Virus record (IMG/VR): IMGVR_UViG_3300034056_000018
Location: 1 to 37,691 of that record
Length of the DNA stretch: 37,691 nucleotides
Strand: one strand, 5' to 3'
Source of the DNA: a virus
Taxonomy: Duplodnaviria; Caudoviricetes
This document shows positions 7,873 to 18,606 of the stretch, one piece after another. A model generated the notes under the pieces. That model was not told the origin of the DNA and searched no databases. It saw nothing but the letters and a program-made list of their open reading frames with translations. Every line of letters begins with the position of its first letter. Within the stretch, counting starts at the first letter, position 1. The position numbers were made by a program, and so were the translations under genes.

Positions 7873-7965
7873 AAATATAACTGCGGATATTAAACAGAAT
7901 ACAAATATTAAACCAAAACCCCAACCCATTAAGTCGTAAATGAACTCAATTATCTTACCACCCAC
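7858..7965 (-). CDS. 35-aa membrane peptide MGGKIIEFIYDLMGWGFGLIFVFCLISAVIFRDRK
   Basis: GTG start after a GGGGTGG RBS; one TM and a charged C-terminus. Confidence 0.55.
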   Translation of the reverse strand: MGGKIIEFIYDLMGWGFGLIFVFCLISAVIFRDRK

Positions 7966-7975
7966 AAAACCACCC

Positions 7976-10900
7976 CTATTTTACATTATATTTTGCGTTT
8001 GCTTCTTTAGATAATTGTAACATTTTTAACCTTAATTTGGTAACTAAATTTTTATCTCCTTTTGCTTCTGCTTCTTTTATTTGTTTGTTAAGTGCTGACA
8101 TTTCAGTAGATACTTTATTAAGTGCATTTCTAGTCTGTTCCTGAGTAGTAACAGTTTTAGAATCCACCTTTTCAATTATGTTTCTATCAGCAGCTAACTG
8201 TTTGGATTTATCAAGCATATCATAGAAATCTGTTACACCTTGATTACTATAAGCAGGATCAGCAATAAACTGTGTTGTAAGAGGTTTAAAAGCCTTTTCA
8301 GTAGTGTTGCCTCCTTGCATAGTGTTTTTGGTTGTTAGAGGTAAACCAAGTTGAGCTATAACTCCTAGATAACTTCTAATTAAGTAGTCCATTTGCTTAG
8401 GTGATAAGTCTATTCCTTGCTTGCTTGCTAGTTCTGCTATCTTCTTTGTTATCTCACTTGTCTTTTCGTCATACTGTAGATACTTAGATCGTCCGTCCTC
8501 TGTCATCGCACGTGGCACAATATCACGTCCTGCGAAATCTTTATTACCACCTACCGCAATATTGATTGCAGGGCCAAAGAGATTACTCTCAAGAGGGTTT
8601 GCAGGGCCTATATTATTTCTGAGTGTTGTGCCAAAGTCTTTAAATGCGTTCTGCTCTCCATCTTGTTGTCTTAGATACCTTTCAGCAAGTGAACCGAATA
8701 GAACACCGTATTCCCTAGACTTAGGTATTTTGATAAAGGTTTTAGCGTTGCCCTTCTCATCTTTCTCACCAAATACATTAGGGATAAGAATATTGTTATC
8801 CTTGGTCCTATTATCTAAATCCTTAAAATTCGGATTGTCCTTGTTATAGTAGTTCATAGCAAGTACTGGAAGTGTAACAACTGTAGCACCTTTTAAGGCG
8901 GTTTGAACTGGACTTTTAATAACTTGTCTGCCTAGTTTGTCTAAACCTTGAACCGATGCGTTTAAATAAGGTGTGAATACATCAAAGAACTTGGTTAAAT
9001 CTCCACCCCTTGAGAAGTTAGTTGTTACCTCGGCAGCATCATACATAGCCTTATCTAAGTTTTCGCCACGTCCCAAACTATTCTTAAACTCTGCAAGTCT
9101 TGGAGCTGATTCAGTAACACTATTTAACTTTTCTATTCCTCCACCTATAGCGTTTAATATCTTCTTGCCTGTGCTTATATTTCTATATCCAGTAACTTTT
9201 CCTTCTGCATCAAGTATAGGAACTCTACCTGTTAATTCTGTTGCTGATTTAGTTGCATCTGATTTAAGGAAATTAGAACCTCCACCCCCTAAAGCTTTAT
9301 ACTGTTGATAGGTTGGTGAATTAGTTGCAATATCCTTAACCGCACCACCTAAGTTCCCAACAAGTTTAAAAGGGTTATTTTCTTTACTGTTAATTAAGTA
9401 AGTCGGAATATCTCTCATTACGTTTCGAATAGCAAACACTGGATTTTTAGTAGTTATTAAAGCTTTAAAAGCGGTGTTTATTGCCTTAATAGCTTTTGCA
9501 CCGTCGTGTAAATCTAATTTGTTTATAGAGGTTAACGCACCTAATAAGTTCTTATCATTGATTTGTAAGTATACAGGTTTGCCACCATCAAGAACAGTTA
9601 CAACATTATCTCTAGTTGCATAAGGATTGTGCTCAAAAGGTTTTGGAGGTGGTAATATCTCAGCGAGTTTACTCATAGCAGGGTTTTCTTTTACTGCCTT
9701 AACCACGTCTTGACCTACTTCATTATATTTAGCAGTCCTTATGGTTCTATTAACTAGATTCATTATGCTTTCAGTAGGGTCTACTATATCCCTTTGTGAA
9801 CCTGTGGCACTATTAATTGGAGTTGATTGATCCACGAAACTTTTACTATTGCCACTACCACCTGGGAGAAAATCTTCTAAGTCATTAAATCCCCTATTAG
9901 AAGGGATATAATTAGGGTATAACTCACGCATTTCATTGTATGCTTTCTCGTCAATAGTTCCCGCCTTAACTCCCCATTCTTTCATAAAGCTATCAAGCCA
10001 ACCAGAAATATTATCTGCTTTTTCTTTCCACTCTGGATGAAGCTTTTCTAAGTATTCTGCTCTTGCTTGTGATTCAGCAGGAGAATAAGCGACATCTTTA
10101 TCTTTGTAGTATATAGGCTTTTCTTGTCCTGCCCTTGCTACGTTATGACGTTGTAAAGCATACTCCCAAAAATCCACTTCCTCACCCTTTGGAATGTTAT
10201 CTTCAAGAGTTTTCTGCAAGGAATCACCTATCTTATTTCCCTTAGCATCTGATAAATGATTTTTAAGTACACTTTCAACAACACTTCCACTGTTAGCACT
10301 ATTAGTTGCCTTTACAAAAGCTTCGTTGCTAACTTTATCTATAGGCTTTTTAACATCAACTATTCTACTATAAGCAGTTTCCCATTTATCCTTAATACTA
10401 GTTTTACCTTTATTAGTTCCTGTTACTATACTTTGTTTAGGCTTAGCAGTAACGTCAAAATCTTCTGCAATAGTGTTGTTAGGTTCTTTGATGTTGATTT
10501 CCGCACTATCTACCTTGTCTATATTAGGCTCATCCATCTTAGAGTAATTAACCTTAAATGCTTCTTTCTTTGGTACATTACCCACGCTTATTCCCTCGAT
10601 AACGCTTAGAGGGTCTTTAAGCCCATCTATTTTAGTATTATTAACTACAGGGTTTATTTTAGTTTCTACGGTAGGTTTAACTGCAGGTAGGGTATTTGTA
10701 TTAACTTCTACTTTTGGAGCTTCTACAGGCTTGTTAACAGGTGTATTTTCAACTTTAGGAAGTTCAGTCTTTTTCCACTTAGGAAGTAAATCACCTGCAC
10801 CTTTTAAAATAGTTCCTACTCCTGCACCACCTATAAAGTTAGTACCCGCATTCTTGAGCATATCTTCTTTAGATTCTTTGTTAAATGTATCAGCAGCTAC

Positions 10901-11539
10901 ACCATAGGCAGTATTTTCAATACCTTCTTTAGCTGCATTCCCTGCATATTGTCCTAGTTTACCACCTAATTTATTAGCAATAGCACTTTCAGCAAGTTTA
11001 CCAACCTTAACCGCCCCCGATGCTTTACCGATGATATTAGCGGGAAGTAAATCAACTGCACTTCTAGCCAACATATAGGCAGCTTTTTCGGGTAGACTAG
11101 CATTAGTTTCATCAACTTTATTAGGTTCTACCATTACTCTGTCGTTATCTTCTCGTCTTTTCTGTAACCATTCTTGTTGACTTGAAGTGTTTATTCCTGG
11201 TATATGATTAACTGCTTTAAAATAATCGTCAGCAACATTTATAATTGCTTTATTGAAATTACCCACACCGCTATTAAGTGATTTGCCTATATTGGGAAGG
11301 AAGTTGCTCTTTTTAGGAGCAACCTCTTGTGTTGTTTCTTCTTCCTCAGGTGTGTAAGTTGTTATTGCAGGTCCTTTTATAGGGTTGGTTCTTACCTTAT
11401 CCATACCCGACATAAATTTATTGGAGGTGTTTTTAGGAGTTGTTGTATTGCTAGGTGCTATATTTTTTCCTTTTGCTTTATTCATTTTTTCCAAATAAGG
11501 GTTGTTACTCAAAATATCACTCTCCCTAATGTCTTGCAC
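7976..11539 (-). CDS. large internal virion/DNA ejection protein with LPD38-like C-terminal region
   Basis: 1187 aa; NPVFAIRN..RD, PRLAEF, TTNFSRGG, PYLNASVQG, FIKIPKS..YGVLF, NKDFAGRDIVP, LSPKQMDYLIRSYLG; last large gene of the structural module. Confidence 0.75.
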   Translation of the reverse strand: MQDIRESDILSNNPYLEKMNKAKGKNIAPSNTTTPKNTSNKFMSGMDKVRTNPIKGPAITTYTPEEEETTQEVAPKKSNFLPNIGKSLNSGVGNFNKAIINVADDYFKAVNHIPGINTSSQQEWLQKRREDNDRVMVEPNKVDETNASLPEKAAYMLARSAVDLLPANIIGKASGAVKVGKLAESAIANKLGGKLGQYAGNAAKEGIENTAYGVAADTFNKESKEDMLKNAGTNFIGGAGVGTILKGAGDLLPKWKKTELPKVENTPVNKPVEAPKVEVNTNTLPAVKPTVETKINPVVNNTKIDGLKDPLSVIEGISVGNVPKKEAFKVNYSKMDEPNIDKVDSAEINIKEPNNTIAEDFDVTAKPKQSIVTGTNKGKTSIKDKWETAYSRIVDVKKPIDKVSNEAFVKATNSANSGSVVESVLKNHLSDAKGNKIGDSLQKTLEDNIPKGEEVDFWEYALQRHNVARAGQEKPIYYKDKDVAYSPAESQARAEYLEKLHPEWKEKADNISGWLDSFMKEWGVKAGTIDEKAYNEMRELYPNYIPSNRGFNDLEDFLPGGSGNSKSFVDQSTPINSATGSQRDIVDPTESIMNLVNRTIRTAKYNEVGQDVVKAVKENPAMSKLAEILPPPKPFEHNPYATRDNVVTVLDGGKPVYLQINDKNLLGALTSINKLDLHDGAKAIKAINTAFKALITTKNPVFAIRNVMRDIPTYLINSKENNPFKLVGNLGGAVKDIATNSPTYQQYKALGGGGSNFLKSDATKSATELTGRVPILDAEGKVTGYRNISTGKKILNAIGGGIEKLNSVTESAPRLAEFKNSLGRGENLDKAMYDAAEVTTNFSRGGDLTKFFDVFTPYLNASVQGLDKLGRQVIKSPVQTALKGATVVTLPVLAMNYYNKDNPNFKDLDNRTKDNNILIPNVFGEKDEKGNAKTFIKIPKSREYGVLFGSLAERYLRQQDGEQNAFKDFGTTLRNNIGPANPLESNLFGPAINIAVGGNKDFAGRDIVPRAMTEDGRSKYLQYDEKTSEITKKIAELASKQGIDLSPKQMDYLIRSYLGVIAQLGLPLTTKNTMQGGNTTEKAFKPLTTQFIADPAYSNQGVTDFYDMLDKSKQLAADRNIIEKVDSKTVTTQEQTRNALNKVSTEMSALNKQIKEAEAKGDKNLVTKLRLKMLQLSKEANAKYNVK

Positions 11540-12317
11540 TTCCTACAACCGTTACACCGCTAAATGGTGAAGTTCTATAGGTCATTGTGTAATTATCTAC
11601 CCACTTCTTATATAACTTGTCATAGGTTGCTTGACCCGCTTGCTTTATTATTTCTTCACCGTTTTGATCTAAAAAGTTTTTCATATCTGATACAGTTTCA
11701 GCAGTATTAAAAGCTTCTTCAACTTGTTTCTGTACCGCTACTTTATCAGTTTTAGCTACACCACTTGAACTTCTCGAACTAGATCCACCACTTGAACGTC
11801 TAGCACTTGCAGCAGCTTGAGCAGCTTGTAACCTTTGATACTCCACTTCACTTCTTAATGCTTGCTCGTCACCTGTTGCACCTTCCTCGGTTAACCTTCT
11901 TCGATTATATATATCCGCTATCTTCTGTGCCTGTTCCCTCTGTGCGGTGGAATTTTGATTCATTATATCTCTATTGAAAGTATCTTCATTAGTTTTTATC
12001 CTTCCTAAGTTATTACTAAAATCAGTATTCGCCCTCATGTAAGCATCGGCACTTTCGCCACTTTGAAGTAAATTTTTACTAGCCATCCAGTCACGCATTT
12101 GTTGTACATTCTGTGCGTTACCTACTGCTGCTTCATTACGTTGATTGTAGTAACCTGTCTTAGCATCTTCTTGCTTAGTCTTTAACTGATTATAGAGGTC
12201 AGTATATTGGTTGTTTGTCGCTTGTTCTTCACTTGCTAGTCCTGCTAAACTCTGGTCTTTTTTCTTTTTAATATCATTTAGTTTAGCTTGATATAATTGC
12301 TCATACATATCTGCCAC
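11526..12317 (-). CDS. putative internal virion/ejection protein
   Basis: Gln/Ala-rich helical protein with a Ser/Gly linker, upstream of the large ejection gene. Confidence 0.55.
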   Translation of the reverse strand: MADMYEQLYQAKLNDIKKKKDQSLAGLASEEQATNNQYTDLYNQLKTKQEDAKTGYYNQRNEAAVGNAQNVQQMRDWMASKNLLQSGESADAYMRANTDFSNNLGRIKTNEDTFNRDIMNQNSTAQREQAQKIADIYNRRRLTEEGATGDEQALRSEVEYQRLQAAQAAASARRSSGGSSSRSSSGVAKTDKVAVQKQVEEAFNTAETVSDMKNFLDQNGEEIIKQAGQATYDKLYKKWVDNYTMTYRTSPFSGVTVVGSARH

Positions 12318-12329
12318 TATAACACCTCC

Positions 12330-12782
12330 TTAATATCCTATTGCTATCCAGTTAACAGGTAGAGACCCGCCCGGGTAATCTTGTTTTAAGATTACACTTG
12401 TTGCACCCTTACTAACAATACCCGCATAATGAGGGTTAACATCTATAACTGTAGGGAATACACCAACGCAGTTATTAGGGAATGCAGTTGAGAAAGTTAT
12501 TGTTGTACCTCCATTAGATACGTTAGTTTCTCCCCATTTAACAATAAACTTAGAACTACCCACAGGAATATCAACACTCCCCTGTGCTGCTAGAGTACCA
12601 CTAACCGCTAAACTTGCGTGTGTATGGTCTGTTTTTGAATAATCGTCATTGTCATTGAGATAGTCTTTTAATTGATTAAATAGTGTCATGAATTGTTGTC
12701 TTGCTACCGTTTCACTTGCGGGATCACTAGGAAATGTATTTATATCTAAAAGGCCCGTTGTTGGATCGTATGTAAAACTCAT
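12330..12782 (-). CDS. short tail-fibre-like protein (gp53-like C-terminal domain)
   Basis: IVKWG...TITFSTAFPNNC...VNWIAIGY C-terminal pattern typical of tail fibre tips. Confidence 0.65.
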   Translation of the reverse strand: MSFTYDPTTGLLDINTFPSDPASETVARQQFMTLFNQLKDYLNDNDDYSKTDHTHASLAVSGTLAAQGSVDIPVGSSKFIVKWGETNVSNGGTTITFSTAFPNNCVGVFPTVIDVNPHYAGIVSKGATSVILKQDYPGGSLPVNWIAIGY

Positions 12783-12793
12783 TGTATACCCCC

Positions 12794-14629
12794 TTATTTA
12801 ACTTGCTTTCCAATTGTATATTTTAAAACTAAAGCTATTATTGAAAGGTTTTTATTATATTCGTTATTAGAAATCTCGAACTGAAAATAGATTACCCTCT
12901 TGGAATTACGTATTTTCTCTTTAACCACAGGGTCAAACTTTAATACTTTCCATGAGAAGTTATTCCATGAGAAATTACCCCATGAAAAACTCTTAGTATC
13001 CGCTGAACTTATAGGAATACTCTCAGTTTCGTGTTTGTCGTTGTAGATATTAACAGAGATTGAACTTGAACTATTAGCTCTGGTAGTCAACCAAAAAGCA
13101 TTTATAGTTTTTTCATAGTCCGTATAACCGAAATCCATTATCTTTGACTTCCATATAGCGTTTATAGGCTGCCCAAAGTCATTAGAAGCTGCTATAAACT
13201 TAACTAAGTGCCCTAGTTCTCTGTGACCGTAACAGAGTTCGTTATCACGACTAAAGAAGCAATTAGCCTTTATATTATCGTAATAGAACCATGTCAATGT
13301 CTTAGGCTTTTTAACATCAAAAGAAATCTTGTAATCCCATATATAACAATGATCGTCAACACATATATAATACTTGTTACCTAAATCAAAACTAGAAGCA
13401 CTCTTTAGCATTGTAACATCTTCTTGAAGTAATCCGGGACGTTGAAGATTACCATTGATATTGTCACTCACAGGAGTTATATTCTTTTCTCCTGGTATTA
13501 AGGTACTTAGAATTATATGAACCCCTCCATAAGTGTTACAAAATACAACATTATTGTTAACTAATTGTACTGTATCCGGCATGTCACAACCTATTTCCGT
13601 ATTCAAGTATGATATAGGGAATGAAGCGGTATTGTCTAGTCCTAGTGCAGCCTCCACAGTTGCGGTTAAATCCTCTTTAAATACTATTAACTTCCCATAA
13701 TGCACCGCAAAAGCAGTAACTTTCTTATCAGCACCCCTTACCCCGTACCGATATTTCTCAGGGAAATAAGAAGCATCTAGGGAATCAGTAACACCACTAG
13801 CAAAATAGAAGTTAGGTATATCGTCATTCCCTGTAAAGAACATTCTATTACTAAATTCTATTGCCCTCTTACATTTGAGTATAGAATCAACCTTTCCGCT
13901 AAAGGTTTTATATGCAGTAATCTGCACATTATTTAAGCCACTTGCAGGAGCAGCACTAAAATTAACATATCCTGTGGTACGATTAACGGTAAATCCACTA
14001 CCCTCTGTAAGTCCTGCTAAATTAACTGTTACTGTAGTATTTTCTAAACTATCAAAGCTTAATTTATAAGCAGTTGAAGTTCCGTCACCGTTGAACTGGT
14101 CCGTAAATCCTGTACCTATCATGTTCCAACTTTCATTAACTGTACTTTCAGAACCATCCGGCTTACGGTTAATACTAACCTTAGGTATATAAGGGGTAAC
14201 TGTACTTACCGTTGTACCATCGTATTTTATGTAGTTAGTTCCGTTAATCATATACAGAGTACCATTATAGACAAAGAAAAAAGCCTTACTATTAGCAAGA
14301 CCGCTATATACTTCCACAGGTTGATTACTTCCAACCTGTGTATATAGTTTTGTTCCATGTGCTATTATGGTTTTATCTTTATAGTTACTGTAAACACCAT
14401 TTATAGCCCCTGAGCCGAGGGAAGTTTCATAGACATAGGCTTGCCCATACCTTTTGATTAACATGCCCCCATCGTCGCAATTAAGGTTTACCATGTAAGG
14501 ACTTTGGGTAAGGTTAATGTCTGATTCTTGGTCTAGACACAAGCCACCATTTAGAGGTATTTTACCGTTGGCCCCTAACCTTAATTCGTATTCCTTCTTT
14601 TTACTTGTAGGGTAATTCAAATTTACCAC
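12794..14629 (-). CDS. tail nozzle / DNA stabilisation protein (P22 gp10 / T7 gp12-like)
   Basis: 611-aa beta-rich protein, NGGL...SP.MVN start, EIGC motif; follows the adaptor. Confidence 0.65.
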   Translation of the reverse strand: MVNLNYPTSKKKEYELRLGANGKIPLNGGLCLDQESDINLTQSPYMVNLNCDDGGMLIKRYGQAYVYETSLGSGAINGVYSNYKDKTIIAHGTKLYTQVGSNQPVEVYSGLANSKAFFFVYNGTLYMINGTNYIKYDGTTVSTVTPYIPKVSINRKPDGSESTVNESWNMIGTGFTDQFNGDGTSTAYKLSFDSLENTTVTVNLAGLTEGSGFTVNRTTGYVNFSAAPASGLNNVQITAYKTFSGKVDSILKCKRAIEFSNRMFFTGNDDIPNFYFASGVTDSLDASYFPEKYRYGVRGADKKVTAFAVHYGKLIVFKEDLTATVEAALGLDNTASFPISYLNTEIGCDMPDTVQLVNNNVVFCNTYGGVHIILSTLIPGEKNITPVSDNINGNLQRPGLLQEDVTMLKSASSFDLGNKYYICVDDHCYIWDYKISFDVKKPKTLTWFYYDNIKANCFFSRDNELCYGHRELGHLVKFIAASNDFGQPINAIWKSKIMDFGYTDYEKTINAFWLTTRANSSSSISVNIYNDKHETESIPISSADTKSFSWGNFSWNNFSWKVLKFDPVVKEKIRNSKRVIYFQFEISNNEYNKNLSIIALVLKYTIGKQVK

Positions 14630-15162
14630 CCACCATCGTATATTCTTTTTACAACTGTTTGTCTTACCTTATCAGCTCTTATAGAACTAAACCCATCTTC
14701 CCACATATTAAGCCACTTAACTGCACGATCATCATCTTCTATATTGAAATATTGAAAGGCTGCATAGTAACATAATAACCTGTGGTCCACCGCTTCGTCA
14801 GGAAGTTCAGGAACGTCTGTAAGACTTGATAATTCATTGGGTATATAATTATAAAGCACATCTACAGGACCATCATAATCAAATTCTATTGCGTTATTCT
14901 CTATAGTGAAATCTATAGGAAGATTATCAACACTTACCTTTTTAAGTTTATAGAATTTCTTAGTAAGAGGGTCACCGCTTGATACGGTGTCCTCATATTC
15001 TAAAGGATATTTCTCTCTTACTATCTTCTTATAAGCGAAGTTAATCGCAGATTTAAATATATTGGTTAAAGTTATGCTCTCACCTATATATTCGTTATCC
15101 TGCTTTTGAAGTACCTCGCCTATATACATAGCGGTTTCGTTGTACATTTCATCTAAAGTCAC
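14623..15162 (-). CDS. head-tail adaptor protein
   Basis: 179 aa; MTLDEM start, YNYIP..L...DVPELP...HRLLCYYAA pattern; position before the nozzle. Confidence 0.65.
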   Translation of the reverse strand: MTLDEMYNETAMYIGEVLQKQDNEYIGESITLTNIFKSAINFAYKKIVREKYPLEYEDTVSSGDPLTKKFYKLKKVSVDNLPIDFTIENNAIEFDYDGPVDVLYNYIPNELSSLTDVPELPDEAVDHRLLCYYAAFQYFNIEDDDRAVKWLNMWEDGFSSIRADKVRQTVVKRIYDGGW

Positions 15163-15166
15163 TTTA

Positions 15167-16591
15167 TCACCCCATTAAATAAACGTCAGTACGATAGATT
15201 CCAATACTATCCCCTGCACCTGTTAAACTACACGCAATAGATATATCTTGATCCGAAGTGTTTACAAAACCACTTGAAGCAGTTCCCATACGTGGTGAAG
15301 CTAAATTGTGACGTAACATTCCAAAGGCTCTATAACCTCCCGCAACTTCATGTAAATTAACCTCAACATCAAAATAAGAACTTGTTGCAGCAGCAGGCAC
15401 CGTTAATGCAAGAGACATTCCACCAATGTTTATGGTCAACGTACTTCCCGAAGTTACAGTATAAACACCATATATTTTGATTCTGCACGTTTTACCAGTA
15501 CCTTTCAACCTTCCTGCCTTAATTGTATAAGGAGTTGCTAAGGTAGTTGAAACTATACCAGAAGCACTTCTGTATGTTCTATCGTATACTACCCTTACTT
15601 CCGATGAACCATTGATACCCTCTGAGCTTTCACCTGAGAACGCTCTATAATCAATGTCTTGGTAAACTTGAGCATTAGCAGTACCTACATTAAAGTTATT
15701 AGGTGTATAAGGGTTATCACCAAAGTAACCACTATTTGAACATCTCACACCATAATCATTCTTTTTAAAGTCGTTGCCTACCGCATCAACACGTGAATTA
15801 GCTTCAACATGAATACCTATAGCGTTAGTATCTAGTGTGCAATAATCTACGTGTCCATCTGTACCACGTGACCAATAAACACCACTTTCAATACAGTTTT
15901 TTATTATCGTTCCACCTGATAACGAGGTAGCACCATAACCAACGGTAACTTTAGCACCATCTGTATTTACACCATTTCGACAATTTTCAATTATTCCGCC
16001 TTGTTGCCTTCCTTGAGAACGTCTTGACCAATACACGCCGAACCAAGAGCAGTTATCAACGTGAACATTATAAGTGTAACCATCAGCACCATTATCGAAT
16101 AGAAGTCCACCTCTAGAGTTGTTGCCACTATCTCCGTTATAGTTTTGAAATTTAATATTCTTTACACTTGCACCTACACCAAAACCACTAATAGTAAGAC
16201 CATGAATATAACTTCCTGTACTTGCAGAACCATCGAAAATTACTGTAGGCACATTAGGATGCCCTCCAACGTCTGGTCCTTGAATAGTTACCTTTGTTTT
16301 TGTTGGAGTATAAAACACATTAGATATTATGCTATACGTACCCGCTGCAACATTCACAACCCAGGTTGTTTTCATGTTTCTATACACATAAGTTTCTATA
16401 TAATCAAGTGCTTTTTGAAGTGTTAGAAAAGGAGTTGATATTGTTAAACCATCATTTGAATCACTTCCAGTTGTGCTAACATATAAATTAACCGTATGAA
16501 GTTCCGAGATATCAGTAAAGTCATTTTCTAAATCCGTTAATCTATCATTGAAACTTTTAGTGCTAGTTGAACCAATAGGAATAGTACTCAT
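15167..16591 (-). CDS. right-handed beta-helix (pectin-lyase-like) spike/depolymerase candidate
   Basis: LYVSTTGSDSNDGLT..TPFLTLQKAL cap motif followed by N/C/G-rich beta-helix rungs. Confidence 0.75.
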   Translation of the reverse strand: MSTIPIGSTSTKSFNDRLTDLENDFTDISELHTVNLYVSTTGSDSNDGLTISTPFLTLQKALDYIETYVYRNMKTTWVVNVAAGTYSIISNVFYTPTKTKVTIQGPDVGGHPNVPTVIFDGSASTGSYIHGLTISGFGVGASVKNIKFQNYNGDSGNNSRGGLLFDNGADGYTYNVHVDNCSWFGVYWSRRSQGRQQGGIIENCRNGVNTDGAKVTVGYGATSLSGGTIIKNCIESGVYWSRGTDGHVDYCTLDTNAIGIHVEANSRVDAVGNDFKKNDYGVRCSNSGYFGDNPYTPNNFNVGTANAQVYQDIDYRAFSGESSEGINGSSEVRVVYDRTYRSASGIVSTTLATPYTIKAGRLKGTGKTCRIKIYGVYTVTSGSTLTINIGGMSLALTVPAAATSSYFDVEVNLHEVAGGYRAFGMLRHNLASPRMGTASSGFVNTSDQDISIACSLTGAGDSIGIYRTDVYLMG

Positions 16592-16604
16592 TCAATCACC
16601 CCTT

Positions 16605-16883
16605 TTATTGTCCGTATAACCCCAAGTTGAATAGAGTTATATAGTCATTTACTTGCTTTGTACATTCTTCACTAGCAGTTAAAGTATCTGCTTCTGTTTG
16701 TGCCAGTGCTTGTATATCTTCTGCGGAAAGTCCTTCAACTTCTGATAATTCCCTTTGTGTTAAATTGGCATGAAATACTAAAGTATCTACATGTTTAATA
16801 TCTACATAGCCGATGAGTTTAAAGTCCTCACCTATTTTTGCACCGAAGTATTTAACCTCGGTTGTTAAATCTGCTTGTGTCAT
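16605..16883 (-). CDS. hypothetical protein, possible fibre chaperone
   Basis: AGGAGG RBS; lies between two fibre-like genes. Confidence 0.65.
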   Translation of the reverse strand: MTQADLTTEVKYFGAKIGEDFKLIGYVDIKHVDTLVFHANLTQRELSEVEGLSAEDIQALAQTEADTLTASEECTKQVNDYITLFNLGLYGQ

Positions 16884-16895
16884 AGTTAATACCTC

Positions 16896-18602
16896 CTATT
16901 GTTTTAGTTTTAGTGATATGTCGCTGAATGTAAAAGTTCCTGCTGTGGTGCTATAAAAATGCAACCTTATCTTATTTGTGTTTGCTCCAACAATCACACT
17001 TGCTGTTTTTAATCCGCTTGATGCGTGGATTGTAGCGTTATCTTTTACTGTAATACTATTGTATTTTTCTTGGATATTGGTAACAGAATTTACACCATTA
17101 ACTGTACATATAAATTCATATTTGTTGTTGGCTAGAACAGGAATGTCAACATATGACCACTGATTAGCCCCAGTAGCATTAAGCGTAATAACTCCATTAC
17201 TCCTAGTAGCATTAGCGTGTAAGGTTACTGCGTTGATATCAAAGAGTTCTTTCATGCTTACACCTAATTTATTTCCACTAGTTCCTCTTAGAATTGCGTC
17301 TGCTTCTGCATCCGAAAGACCGTTCTGCTTTCCTAGTGCTTGCAGATCATAGAGTGAAAAGGTACTTGCAAATATGTCACCCTGCTCTGAACCGTTTTGA
17401 TTAAGTGTGTGTAAAGGCATTTGACCGAATAACTGAGTAACTTCGGCATTGGTTACCTTCTCTACAGTTCCGTTATTCTTTAATAAAAACATAAACATGC
17501 CACTTGCATTTTGTCCTACAATAAATCTATAAGCTTGATTTTTAGAGAATGTATTTGCACTACTTGTTAAACTTGTCGAAACTCCTGCCTTAACTTTAAG
17601 CAAGGAAAAATAACCTGCCGAAGTTGATCTACTAAATATCCATCTATTATTTACGTCTGTATAAAACGCAAATACTCTTTTGTTAACCCCACCCGCAACA
17701 CTATCAAATTGAGGACTAAAACCACCTACCATCGCCCAATATTTAGGCAAATACACATTTTTACTTGCTACGGTATCAACGGTTCTATTAAGTCCTATAG
17801 TTATTTTTGCGTAGTCTAGACTTACGCTAGATGCTATTGTTCCGTCACTTGGATAGGTTGCGTAAATAAGAATGTAAATTTTATTAGAACTATTAACCAC
17901 CACTTGAGAAGTAGCGTTGTCTAAATACGCTCTTGTCAACTTCTGTATAGTACCACCTGTATTTTCTGAAACATTTCCACTCCAACTCGCTCCGTTAATC
18001 CACGATGTTATTTTAACACCATTAGTCAACACACTCGCATTACTACCACTACCCAATGCCCACACATCAGCAGTAATTGCCTTTAAAGCTGCCTTTAGTG
18101 CTGCATTACTTCCACCGTATAATTGATTTGCTAGTGGTGTTAGATCGATTTCTAGCATGAGTTGTGAAATTTGACTATTTATTGTACTGTTAAGCGTATA
18201 ATTCGAACCATCTTGTAACTTCACTAAATCTAGCGTTGCTTGATTTCCTGCACCAAATTCAAACCACCCAGTAGATGAATCTGCTGTTATGTTTGTTGGA
18301 GGTTGAAGCGTTGACACTTTAGAAGCGTATAACTTCATAGGACATTCTACAACACTTCCCGCAACCTTTATCCCAAAGTCATAGGCAACCTCTAAAGTGT
18401 CACCACCTATGAAACCATAATCACCATGAGATACCTCAACATTATTATTGAACTGTGTCATAACATTACCTGTCGATACGTTGTAGGCTTCAAGCGGATT
18501 TACTGCGACTGATGCTCTAGTTACTTGTAAATCTTTAACTATTGTACTTGATATTAATTTCTTCTTGACTTTCTTTCTTTTAGGATAAGGGAATAATCTC
18601 AT
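16896..18602 (-). CDS. putative fibre / carbohydrate-binding virion protein
   Basis: 568 aa, Ser/Thr/Asn/Gly-rich with several beta-sandwich-like segments. Confidence 0.55.
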   Translation of the reverse strand: MRLFPYPKRKKVKKKLISSTIVKDLQVTRASVAVNPLEAYNVSTGNVMTQFNNNVEVSHGDYGFIGGDTLEVAYDFGIKVAGSVVECPMKLYASKVSTLQPPTNITADSSTGWFEFGAGNQATLDLVKLQDGSNYTLNSTINSQISQLMLEIDLTPLANQLYGGSNAALKAALKAITADVWALGSGSNASVLTNGVKITSWINGASWSGNVSENTGGTIQKLTRAYLDNATSQVVVNSSNKIYILIYATYPSDGTIASSVSLDYAKITIGLNRTVDTVASKNVYLPKYWAMVGGFSPQFDSVAGGVNKRVFAFYTDVNNRWIFSRSTSAGYFSLLKVKAGVSTSLTSSANTFSKNQAYRFIVGQNASGMFMFLLKNNGTVEKVTNAEVTQLFGQMPLHTLNQNGSEQGDIFASTFSLYDLQALGKQNGLSDAEADAILRGTSGNKLGVSMKELFDINAVTLHANATRSNGVITLNATGANQWSYVDIPVLANNKYEFICTVNGVNSVTNIQEKYNSITVKDNATIHASSGLKTASVIVGANTNKIRLHFYSTTAGTFTFSDISLKLKQ

Positions 18603-18606
18603 TTAA

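Noticed and set aside
11755-11830. Low-complexity repeats (GCAGCTTG, CCACTTGAAC), and the Gln run near 20880-20910
   Set aside because: Explained by Ala/Gln and Ser/Gly linker coding in virion and scaffold proteins.
12940-12990. Triple CCATGA(G/A)AA repeat in the nozzle gene
   Set aside because: It encodes an FSW-x-N peptide repeat; no evidence for a DNA-level role.
12330-18602. Diversity-generating retroelement or invertible tail-fibre locus
   Set aside because: No reverse transcriptase or invertase, and no duplicated template/variable repeat noticed by eye.
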